This document shows, piece after piece, positions 7,973-15,456 of a DNA stretch of 28,494 nucleotides; the first letter of the stretch is position 1; each line of letters begins with the position of its first letter. The DNA lies in assembly GCA_041686025.1 (NCBI GenBank), contig JAWLEP010000032.1, positions 1-28,494 of the forward strand. Reading direction: 5' to 3'. The stretch is from Candidatus Fermentibacteraceae bacterium (GTDB taxonomy: Bacteria; Fermentibacterota; Fermentibacteria; Fermentibacterales; JCC-6). The notes beneath the pieces are model-generated. The model was not told the origin of the DNA and ran no database searches. It saw only the letters and a program-made list of their open reading frames with translations. The translations under genes and the position numbers were made by a program.

Positions 7973-9544
7973 ATGGGCAAGCATCTTTTCGCGCTGCTCC
8001 TGCTGGGAGCGGTATTCGCCGTATCCGCAGACGCGCTTTTCAGCATCGACTGCGACACCCGCACCCTTACCGGCACCGAATGGGCCGAAGGGGCCAGAGT
8101 GGTTCACGTGGGCACCGACTACGTGGTACTGCTGGGAGACCCGCAGGCGTTCCCCCAGGAGCGGGTGACGGTGCTGGACGAATCCGCAGCAGACCTGCGG
8201 GACTACCGTCTGGCTACCCTGCGAAGCGAGTCGGGCATCGCCTCGCTGGAGAGGCTGGGGGAGGTCGTTCTGCACAGGGGCAGGACCGTGATACTCCGTC
8301 TCGAAGCCCCCGAGGCCGACATCCCGCCGGTGATGGAAGGTGTTCACTTCATCCAGCCCCTGGAGGAGCGGAGGATATCCGCCCCGGTCCCCCTTCCCGG
8401 GACCGACCGCGGCTACGACGACGCGGTGGCGGACATAGTCGCCTCCGTGGAGGAGGACAGCATCCTGGCCATCACCCAGCACCTGGAGGACTACCAGACC
8501 AGGTACTCCAGCACCGACAACTACGACTCAGCCTGCAACTGGATGGAGACCAGGTTCGAGGCCTACGGCCTGGCGGCCGAGCAGCAGACCTTCTCCATGG
8601 GGAGCTACGACTGCCAGAACGTGATAGCCGAGCAGCCGGGGGTGGAGGACTCCACCAAGATCTACATCGTATGCGGGCACCTGGACTCCACGTCCCCCTC
8701 CCCCACCACAAACGCCCCCGGAGCCGACGACAACGGCAGCGGCTCCACCGGTGTCCTGGAGGCGGCCAGGGTGATGTCGGGCTACGACTTCAAGTACACC
8801 GTCCGCTACATCGCCTTCGGCGGCGAGGAGCAGGGGCTCTACGGCAGCGACTACTACGCCGGGCAGGCCGCCGCCGCCGGGGACGACATACTGGGAGTCG
8901 TGAACATGGACATGCTCTACTACGGGCCCTCCGGCGACGACCGGCTCTGGGTTGTCTACGACACCCAGTCCACCGGTCTGGGCCTGGCCATGGACGCCAT
9001 CACCGATACCTACGTTCCGGCCCTGGAGAAGGACGTGGAGCACAACCCCGGCATGACCTACAGCGACCACTCTTCCTTCTGGAACGAGGGCTACTCGGCC
9101 CTGCTGAACATCGAGGTGGAGGTCTACGGCAACCCCTACTACCACCAGACGTCGGACATACTGGACAACTACCTGGAGTACTTCCCCTTCGGCACCAACT
9201 GCATCAAGGGCGCCATCGCCACGGTGGCGTACCTGGCCGAGCCGGTGGAGCAGGGAGTCTCGGGAGACGAGTCAGCGGAGACCGCCGCCGGGGGACTCAG
9301 CGTGGGCCTGGCCCCCAACCCGGCCTCCGAATCGGTTACCGTCAGCCTGTCCCGGACCCTGGGCGGTTCGGCGGTGATTGAGGTCTACGACCTCTCCGGC
9401 CGGTGCGTTCTTCGCCAGGACGTAGAGGCGGAGGGTTCGGCCGCCTTCTCCATCGGCGCCGGGAGGCTGCCGGTGGGCGTGCACCTTCTTCGGGTGAGCG
9501 ACGGCGAGAGGACGGCAACCGCGAAGCTGGTGGTCACCAGGTAG
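7973..9544 (+). CDS. Secreted M28 family zinc (amino)peptidase with T9SS/Por-type C-terminal sorting domain
   Basis: GGAGG RBS; signal peptide; GHLDS, GADDNGSG, GEEQGL, NMDM, SDH, YYHQTSD; tail PNPASE...EVYDLSGRCV...LPVGVHLLRV...KLVVTR. Confidence 0.92.
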   Translation: MGKHLFALLLLGAVFAVSADALFSIDCDTRTLTGTEWAEGARVVHVGTDYVVLLGDPQAFPQERVTVLDESAADLRDYRLATLRSESGIASLERLGEVVLHRGRTVILRLEAPEADIPPVMEGVHFIQPLEERRISAPVPLPGTDRGYDDAVADIVASVEEDSILAITQHLEDYQTRYSSTDNYDSACNWMETRFEAYGLAAEQQTFSMGSYDCQNVIAEQPGVEDSTKIYIVCGHLDSTSPSPTTNAPGADDNGSGSTGVLEAARVMSGYDFKYTVRYIAFGGEEQGLYGSDYYAGQAAAAGDDILGVVNMDMLYYGPSGDDRLWVVYDTQSTGLGLAMDAITDTYVPALEKDVEHNPGMTYSDHSSFWNEGYSALLNIEVEVYGNPYYHQTSDILDNYLEYFPFGTNCIKGAIATVAYLAEPVEQGVSGDESAETAAGGLSVGLAPNPASESVTVSLSRTLGGSAVIEVYDLSGRCVLRQDVEAEGSAAFSIGAGRLPVGVHLLRVSDGERTATAKLVVTR

Positions 9545-9561
9545 GAGCGGCACACAGATCG

Positions 9562-9597
9562 GGGCCGGGTCTCCCTCCGGAGGCCCGGCCCTTTCTT
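9562..9597 (+). terminator. Rho-independent terminator of the M28 peptidase gene
   Basis: GGGCCGGGTCTCC-ctcc-GGAGGCCCGGCCC hairpin followed by TTTCTT. Confidence 0.75.
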
Positions 9598-9616
9598 CAT
9601 CCGTACGGTACTGAGC

Positions 9617-9648
9617 TAAAGAAGCCGCCGTTTCCGGCGGCTTCTTTA
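9617..9648. terminator. Second, bidirectional terminator-like hairpin
   Basis: Perfect 14-bp inverted repeat TAAAGAAGCCGCCG-tttc-CGGCGGCTTCTTTA, with a U-rich 3' arm on both strands. Confidence 0.7.
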
Positions 9649-9812
9649 CGGGTAGTGGGGAGGGACGCCCTTTCCGCAGGGGTCGGCTGCCGGTAAGGAG
9701 GCGGCGCCCCTCCCCGGAGGGGTCTCCCCTCTGGAGGGAAGAGAGGAGACAGGCAGATGATCCGGATCTCTCACCCTGCATCGGGCAGACCGTCAATCAT
9801 CCAACCCGATAT
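9617..9812 (-). ncRNA. Candidate structured small RNA (unassigned)
   Basis: Consecutive hairpins whose mismatches become G-U pairs only on the minus strand, ending at the terminator 9648-9617. No credible ORF and no match to an RNA family I can recognise. Confidence 0.3.
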
Positions 9813-9846
9813 CTATATACCCGAAGTCTCCAGTTTGTTCCCCCCC

Positions 9847-9875
9847 TTGAAAGGGTCCGGATTTCGGGGTACAAT
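9847..9875 (+). promoter_or_regulatory. Sigma70 promoter for the PUR-domain gene
   Basis: TTGAAA (9847-9852), 17-nt spacer, TACAAT (9870-9875); AAGGAGG RBS downstream. Confidence 0.75.
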
Positions 9876-9915
9876 ACTAATAGGTGAACTGGTGTTCAGC
9901 GAAAGGAGGAAGGCT

Positions 9916-10380
9916 ATGCAGACCGGCGCAAACCGATCCACCGTCCACTCCGGAAGGCACATGTCGGGGAAGGTGTGCTACTTCATCGACGTGCGCCAGG
10001 CGGTCAACGGCCGCTACTACATGGTGCTCACCGAGTCCCGGCGGAAGGGCGACCAGGGCTTCGAGCAGTCCCGGGTGATGGTCTTCGAGGAAGACATCAG
10101 CGGCCTGCTCGAAGAGGTCGACCGGGCCGGCGAGGAGGCCCTCCGCGCCATCGAGGACAGGGGCGAGCTCCCGGGAGACTCCATCAAGAAGGAGCACCCC
10201 CGCGCCTTCTCGCGCTGGACCGAGGAGGACGAGGAGACCCTGCGCTCGCGGTTCGAGAACGGCAGCCAGGTGGAAGCGATAGCCAGGGTGCTGGGCAGAA
10301 CCGAGCAGGCCATACTGGCCAGGCTGGAGAAGATGGGGCTGATAGACGAGACCCCCGAGAAACAGGCGGCCGAGGCCTAG
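9916..10380 (+). CDS. PUR-family (DUF3276-like) ssDNA/RNA-binding domain fused to a C-terminal HTH/Myb-like module
   Basis: GKVCYFIDVRQAVNGRYYMVLTESRR...QSRVMVFEEDI (PUR repeat); HPRAFSRWTEEDEETL...IARVLGRTEQAILARLEKMG. ATG 9916 follows a strong RBS. Confidence 0.8.
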   Translation: MQTGANRSTVHSGRHMSGKVCYFIDVRQAVNGRYYMVLTESRRKGDQGFEQSRVMVFEEDISGLLEEVDRAGEEALRAIEDRGELPGDSIKKEHPRAFSRWTEEDEETLRSRFENGSQVEAIARVLGRTEQAILARLEKMGLIDETPEKQAAEA

Positions 10381-10433
10381 ACCTGCGCTGACCCGACTTC
10401 CGCCAGGAGGAGGAGGACGGCGGAAGGCCGGGG

Positions 10434-10886
10434 TCAGACCCCTTCCACCTCGCAGTCGCACACCGCAGCCAGCTCGGAGATCCAGCCCTCCACGTCCTTC
10501 ACGGACCAGGCCACGGCATCCGTTCCCCCGGCACCGTCGTCGTACTCCACCCGAAGAAGCGGTCTCATCACCGATTTGTGCAGATGGCTCTTTACCTTTG
10601 CCAGCTTGCTGATCCTGTGCAGGTCGATGACCATCTCCCGCCTGGGAAGCAGCATCTCGAAGACCAGCTGTCCGGGGGTGAGCACCAGTACGCCGTTGCC
10701 GCGAATCTGCGCCTGCCCCTTCGACTCCACGCCGAAGAAGCTGGCTCTCCGGTCGCTGCGGATGATCTCTCTCCCCGCCAGCCGCTGCCTGAGGTCCTCT
10801 ACCGCCCTCTTCCTGAGCCAGGAGAGGGTTACAAACACGGCCACCAGGGCCAGCAGGCCCGGCAGGGCGTAGCGCAGCCAGCTCAT
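10434..10886 (-). CDS. Membrane-anchored hypothetical protein (possible PH/GRAM-like fold)
   Basis: GGAGGT RBS and ATG 10886; N-terminal TM helix; ASFFGVESKG..QIRGNGVLVLT..QLVFEMLLP. Confidence 0.7.
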   Translation of the reverse strand: MSWLRYALPGLLALVAVFVTLSWLRKRAVEDLRQRLAGREIIRSDRRASFFGVESKGQAQIRGNGVLVLTPGQLVFEMLLPRREMVIDLHRISKLAKVKSHLHKSVMRPLLRVEYDDGAGGTDAVAWSVKDVEGWISELAAVCDCEVEGV

Positions 10887-11033
10887 TGTCACCTCCGCAC
10901 CGAAGATGCAGGGCACCCACGCCGAAGACCAGCCCTCCAGGTGACCTTAAGCCGTCCTTAATTCCCGTTTAACACCTCTCCCCTAGGCTGTGGCTGGAGC
11001 CTGCAGGACCACTGACAACCGCGGGAGGAGCCC

Positions 11034-11801
11034 ATGGGCTGGCCGGTTCACAGGACAATCAGGGAGATCTCGAAGACGCTGGAGGAGCTGAAGCTGGCCG
11101 ACAGCGAAGATTCCCCGCAGCAAGGGGCAGCCCGGGAACTGCCTGCTTTTCTTCGAGGCGACCACAGCCGTCTGCGCGAGATCCTGGGGAACATCCCGGC
11201 CGCGGTGGCTGCGGCTCTCATGGTCTGGGACCCTTTCTCACTGGGCCAGAGCGGCTCCGGCCCCTTCGCGGTGCTTCTGACCTCATCGCTTCAGGGATAC
11301 AGGGGCCGGCTTGACGATCCCAGGTTTCCCTCCGGCAGGACCCTGGCGGAGGCCGGGCTCAGCCTGAAGGGAAGCAGCGTCCTGGCTCTCCCGGCCGCCA
11401 GCGCCCTCGGCCCGTCCGCAGGGACCGCGAGCCAGGTCCTGCAGGGACGCCGCGGCAACCGGGAGGTAAGGAGCGGGGCGCACGTACTCCCGGACGGGCG
11501 GGTACTGCTGCGCACGGGGATAAGCGCGACGCCCCCCTGCTTCTCCTGCGAGGTGGTGGACGGCCACCTGCTCAGCACCAGCACCCCCATGTCCCTCGAC
11601 GCCGAGTACCTCAAAGGCAGGACCGGACCGGGCAGGACCATCATAGTCAACGACGGCCGATGGCTGGTTATAGACCGGCTCCTGCCCGCCAGCTACCACG
11701 GGCGCAGGGCCATGCTCCTGCTGCGCCAGCTGCGCGACGTGGCCCTGGCGGAGAGGCTGGCCGCCGGCAGCGGCCGGCGGCGGGAGACGGCGTTCGTCTG
11801 A
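11034..11801 (+). CDS. Hypothetical protein
   Basis: GGAGGAG RBS before the ATG; 255-codon ORF filling the gap with plausible codon usage; no motif recognised. Confidence 0.55.
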   Translation: MGWPVHRTIREISKTLEELKLADSEDSPQQGAARELPAFLRGDHSRLREILGNIPAAVAAALMVWDPFSLGQSGSGPFAVLLTSSLQGYRGRLDDPRFPSGRTLAEAGLSLKGSSVLALPAASALGPSAGTASQVLQGRRGNREVRSGAHVLPDGRVLLRTGISATPPCFSCEVVDGHLLSTSTPMSLDAEYLKGRTGPGRTIIVNDGRWLVIDRLLPASYHGRRAMLLLRQLRDVALAERLAAGSGRRRETAFV

Positions 11802-11822
11802 TCCCCGTGGTACTCGGAAGTC

Positions 11823-11851
11823 TTGCCCCCGGCTTCCCGCAGGGGTATCTT
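11823..11851 (+). promoter_or_regulatory. Putative sigma70 promoter for the TauE/SafE gene
   Basis: TTGCCC (11823-11828), 17-nt spacer, TATCTT (11846-11851). Confidence 0.45.
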
Positions 11852-11893
11852 GATCCCTCGTACGCAGACTGGGACCCATCCCCTGGAGGACAG

Positions 11894-12631
11894 TTGGAGC
11901 CTCTGCGACTGCTTCTTCTCCTGGCGGCCGGATGCCTGGCCGGCTTCGTGAACATCTCCGCCGGCGGCGGGTCGCTTCTGACGCTGCCGGCGCTGATCTT
12001 CCTGGGCCTCCCTCCTACGGTAGCCAACGGGACCAACCGGATAGCCATACTGGGGCAGAACGTCGTCTCCATAGCCAGATTCCGCCATTCCGGGCTGTTC
12101 CAGCCGAAGCTGGGGCTCATGCTGGCCCTTCCGGCGGTGGCGGGAGCCCTGCTGGGTGCCGGCATCGCAGTCCGGATGGAGGAGACCCAGATGCGCACGC
12201 TGCTGGCGGTCGTCATGCTGGCGGTACTGGCGGCCATACTGCTGAAGCACAACCGCGAAGCCAGCGGCGTCACCCCCCGCAGGAAGGGGCTGCTGGCGGC
12301 CCTGTTCTTCCTGGTTGGGGTCTACGGCGGGGTCATTCAGGCCGGTGTGGGCTTTCTGATAATCATGCTGCTGCACAACCTCGGCGGACTTTCCATGGTG
12401 AGGACCAACAGCCTGAAGGTCCTGATAGTTGGCATATACACGGTTCCGGCCATCCTGGTGTTCCTGCACGGAGGCAAGATCTACTGGGTCCCCGCTGCCG
12501 TCCTCACCGCAGGCAACGCCCTGGGCGGATGGATGGGCACGGTCTTCAACGTCAGGAAGGGCGAGCGGTGGATTAAGCTCGTTCTGACGGCGGCCGTTCT
12601 GGGAAGCGTACTGAAGCTGCTGCTCAGCTGA
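11894..12631 (+). CDS. Sulfite exporter TauE/SafE (TSUP) family membrane protein
   Basis: TTG start after GGAGGA; AGFVNISAGGGSLLTLPAL..LGLPPTVANGTNR; GVYGGVIQAGVGF; about 8 TM segments. Confidence 0.9.
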   Translation: MEPLRLLLLLAAGCLAGFVNISAGGGSLLTLPALIFLGLPPTVANGTNRIAILGQNVVSIARFRHSGLFQPKLGLMLALPAVAGALLGAGIAVRMEETQMRTLLAVVMLAVLAAILLKHNREASGVTPRRKGLLAALFFLVGVYGGVIQAGVGFLIIMLLHNLGGLSMVRTNSLKVLIVGIYTVPAILVFLHGGKIYWVPAAVLTAGNALGGWMGTVFNVRKGERWIKLVLTAAVLGSVLKLLLS

Positions 12632-13949
12632 GGGGCCCCAGTACCCTCCGAAGCGAGTCCAGCCAGGGGCCGATGCTCTCCAGGGCCCTTCGTCCGTACT
12701 CAGTTCTGCGCTCCCGCTTCCGCATCCTCTTCTCTATGGGGGGAAAGAGGCCGAAGTTGATGTTGCTGGGCTGGAAGGTGCCCTTCCCCGGCCGGGTTGC
12801 GTAGGCCAGCAGGGAGCCCAGGGCCGTATCCCCGGGCGGCGGGTCCAGGTGCTCGCCCCGGAGGTCTGCTGCGGTGAAGGCCGCCGCCAGAAAACCCGAA
12901 GCGATGGACTCGATGTATCCCTCGACCCCGGTAATCTGCCCCGCCAGGCACACCTCCGGCCTGCTCCTCAGCCTCAGACTCCCGTCCAGCACCGCAGGGC
13001 CGTCCACGAAGGTGTTGCGGTGCATGGACCCGTACCGCAGGAACTCCGCTCTCTCCAGGCCCGGTATCATCCGAAACACCCGGCGCTGTTCGGGATAGGT
13101 GAGCTTGGTCTGGAAGCCCACCATGTTCCAGGCCGTCCCCGCCCGGTTCTCCATGCGCAGCTGCAGCACCGCGAAGGGCTGCTTCCCCGTGCGGGGATCG
13201 GTGATCCCCACCGGTCTCATGGGCCCGTGGGCCAGCGTCTCCCAGCCCTTCTCGGCAATGGCCTCCACCGGCATGCATCCGGCGAAGTGTATCTCCCGCT
13301 CGAACCGCTTCAGGGGCACCTTCTCCGCTGCCAGCAGCTCTTCCACGAAGGCCTCGTACCCCTCGCGGTAGAGGGGGCAGTTGAGGTAGTCGCCCTCTCC
13401 CACTGGCTCGTGCCGCGACTGCAGGAAGGCCACTGACCGGTCGATGCTCTCCGCGTCCACCACCGGGGCTATGGCGTCGTAGAAGTAGAGGCTCTCCACG
13501 CCGGTAAGCTCCACCAGACCGGAGGCCAGGGCTCCGGCGGTCAGCGGGCCCGAGGCGACTATTGCCCTGCCCGCCGGCACCTCCTCCTGCTCCCGTCTCA
13601 CCAGGTCGATGAGAGGCTCCCCCTCCAGCCTGCTCTGGACTTCGGCGGAGAAGAGGTCCCGGTCCACGGCCAGGGCCATGCCGGCGGGCACCGATGTGCG
13701 GTCGGCCACATCGATGAGGAGCGAGCCGGCGCGACGCAGCTCCTCCTTGAGGACCCCCGCGGCGTTGGAAAGCGACTGCGAGCGAAGGGAGTTGGAGCAC
13801 ACCAGCTCCGCGGCGCGGCCCGTGGTGTGGGCCGGTGTGCTGCCCTGGGGGCGCATCTCCACCAGCTCCACGGATATCCCCGCCCGGGCCAGCTGCCAGG
13901 CCGCCTCGCTCCCGGCCAGGCCGGCTCCCACAACGGTCACCTCGCTCAA
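12624..13949 (-). CDS. trmFO: Methylenetetrahydrofolate-tRNA-(uracil-54)-methyltransferase TrmFO (Gid)
   Basis: VVGAGLAGSEAAWQLA, AELVCSNSL, YFYDAIAP, YLNCP, VGFQTKL, RYGSMHRNTF, AGQITGVEGYIES, FQPSNINFGL. Probable TTG start at 13949 (AAGGGAG RBS); alternative 14000. Confidence 0.96.
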   Translation of the reverse strand: MSEVTVVGAGLAGSEAAWQLARAGISVELVEMRPQGSTPAHTTGRAAELVCSNSLRSQSLSNAAGVLKEELRRAGSLLIDVADRTSVPAGMALAVDRDLFSAEVQSRLEGEPLIDLVRREQEEVPAGRAIVASGPLTAGALASGLVELTGVESLYFYDAIAPVVDAESIDRSVAFLQSRHEPVGEGDYLNCPLYREGYEAFVEELLAAEKVPLKRFEREIHFAGCMPVEAIAEKGWETLAHGPMRPVGITDPRTGKQPFAVLQLRMENRAGTAWNMVGFQTKLTYPEQRRVFRMIPGLERAEFLRYGSMHRNTFVDGPAVLDGSLRLRSRPEVCLAGQITGVEGYIESIASGFLAAAFTAADLRGEHLDPPPGDTALGSLLAYATRPGKGTFQPSNINFGLFPPIEKRMRKRERRTEYGRRALESIGPWLDSLRRVLGPLS

Positions 13950-14005
13950 GGAGCTCCCTTCGATAGTATAGGGCAGGGACTCAGTACGATTTACCTCCAC
14001 CCGGA

Positions 14006-14338
14006 TTATACAACAGAGTCATCGGCGGCGTGACAGCGGCTCAGCCCATCCCACCCGGCCCCCGGCTCTCCGGGAAGAGGCCGTCGGCTGAGGGGGCGGC
14101 CGGCATAAGAGTGCACCGGAGGGACCATGATCCGCTGCATGCGGCGTATCATGGCCAGGTAGTGGACTATTCCCATGTCCCTGGTGACCCGGGAGAACCC
14201 GGACATGTCGGTGATCAGCACCGCTCCCCGGCCGCCGAAATCGGTCCAGACTCTCTCGCGGACCTCCCCGCGGGCGGGTTTCCCGGAATCCCAGTAGGGC
14301 TCCAGCAGCCTGTGAAGGCCCGGCCTGTCTGCCGTCAT
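14006..14338 (-). pseudogene. Truncated class III adenylate/guanylate cyclase domain (5' fragment)
   Basis: AVLITDMSGFSRVTRDMGIVHYLAMIRRMQRIMVPPVHSYAGR matches the first strand and helices of the cyclase domain. Similarity stops near 14098, before the second metal-binding Asp and the substrate motifs. Confidence 0.65.
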
Positions 14339-14403
14339 AGCGATTCCCTCCATGGGGACAATCCGGACATTGGGCCTCGGCCGCAAGGCCAGGCTGAAGC
14401 CGG

Positions 14404-15330
14404 TCAGTCAGACGACGACGCCGCCAGATGCTCCTCTCCACTCACCAGCTTCAGCTCTAAGGGCCTGCTGGCCTCGCCGAAGTAGAGGCTCTGATGGGGG
14501 AAGGGAATCTCTATGTCCTTCTCGTCGAAGGCGTACTTCAGCCTCCTGAGGTACTGCCTGCCAACCTCCCACTGCTTCACCGGCTTGGTCTTGAGGCGGG
14601 CCTTTATCACCACCGAGGAGGTATCGAACTTGTCGACGCCGAATATCTCCAGGTCCTCCAGTATCAGGTTGCCGAAGTGTTCGTCGTCCCGGAGCTCGGC
14701 GCCCACCTCCTCCATGACCGCCACCACCCGGTCGGTGTCCTCCTTGTAGGCCACGCCGATCTCGAAGATGTAGGCCGACCAGTCGTGAGTCATGTTGCTC
14801 AGAGAGCTGATGCTGCCGTTGGGGAAGACGTGCACCACGCCGCCGAGGTCGCGGAGGACCAGGGTGCGGAAGTTGACCTCTTCCACAAATCCGCCTGTTC
14901 CGTTGATGATGGCTACGTCACCAACCCGCACCTGGTCCTCCAGGAGCATGAACAGCCCCGAGATGATGTCCCGCACCAGGTTCTGGGCGCCAAACCCAAC
15001 TGCCAGGCCGACTACCCCCGCGCCGGCCAGTATGGGCCCGATGTCAAGGCCGATCTCCCGCAGAACGATCAGGAAGACGATGCCCCATAAGACAATGGAT
15101 ACGACCTGTCTCAGCAGCTTCATGATGGTGGATACCCTCTTGCCTACCTCGGACGGCGGCTCTCCCTCCCTCTCGTGCCTGCGGACCAGCCTGTTCTCCG
15201 TCCTGTCCATGGCCTTGCGCAGCGCCAGCCGCGTCAGCCAGGCCAGAGCCAGAATGAAGAGTATCTTCAACAGGTCCAGCAGCCTGTCCTGCCAGCCGAT
15301 CTCGTTGAGGAACTCAGTGAGCGCTTCCAT
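14404..15330 (-). CDS. Small-conductance mechanosensitive channel (MscS family)
   Basis: ILAGAGVVGLAVGFGAQNLVRDIISGLFMLLEDQVRVGD, G.VEEVNFRT, FPNGSI, IEIPFPH. Confidence 0.95.
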   Translation of the reverse strand: MEALTEFLNEIGWQDRLLDLLKILFILALAWLTRLALRKAMDRTENRLVRRHEREGEPPSEVGKRVSTIMKLLRQVVSIVLWGIVFLIVLREIGLDIGPILAGAGVVGLAVGFGAQNLVRDIISGLFMLLEDQVRVGDVAIINGTGGFVEEVNFRTLVLRDLGGVVHVFPNGSISSLSNMTHDWSAYIFEIGVAYKEDTDRVVAVMEEVGAELRDDEHFGNLILEDLEIFGVDKFDTSSVVIKARLKTKPVKQWEVGRQYLRRLKYAFDEKDIEIPFPHQSLYFGEASRPLELKLVSGEEHLAASSSD

Positions 15331-15380
15331 GGCTGTCGACTCCCTTCACGGCATCGTTCCGAGTTCGCTGAGGTGCCAGT

Positions 15381-15410
15381 TGTAACACAAACTGCGGTTT
15401 CTCGTCTGAA
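15381..15410 (+). promoter_or_regulatory. ECF sigma-type promoter upstream of the beta-propeller lipoprotein
   Basis: TGTAAC (15381-15386), 16-nt spacer, CGTC(TGAA) (15403-15410). Matches the B. subtilis SigX/SigM-type consensus TG(t/a)AAC-N16-CG(t/a)C. Confidence 0.55.
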
Positions 15411-15456
15411 TGGTAAAGGGGCAGGAATCGGACAGCATCGAAAGGCCTGGTGAGGA

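Noticed and set aside
9290..9544. T9SS-type C-terminal domain as a novelty
   Set aside because: Common on secreted proteins across the FCB group; informative for taxonomy only.
9657..9715. Long hairpin considered as SRP (4.5S) RNA
   Set aside because: Lacks the conserved CAGG...GGAA...AGCA domain IV motif on either strand.
11660..11893. Upstream extensions of the TauE ORF (and likewise of ORFs 3259, 7882, 9757, 20969)
   Set aside because: They overlap other genes or promoters; downstream starts have an RBS and match family N-termini.
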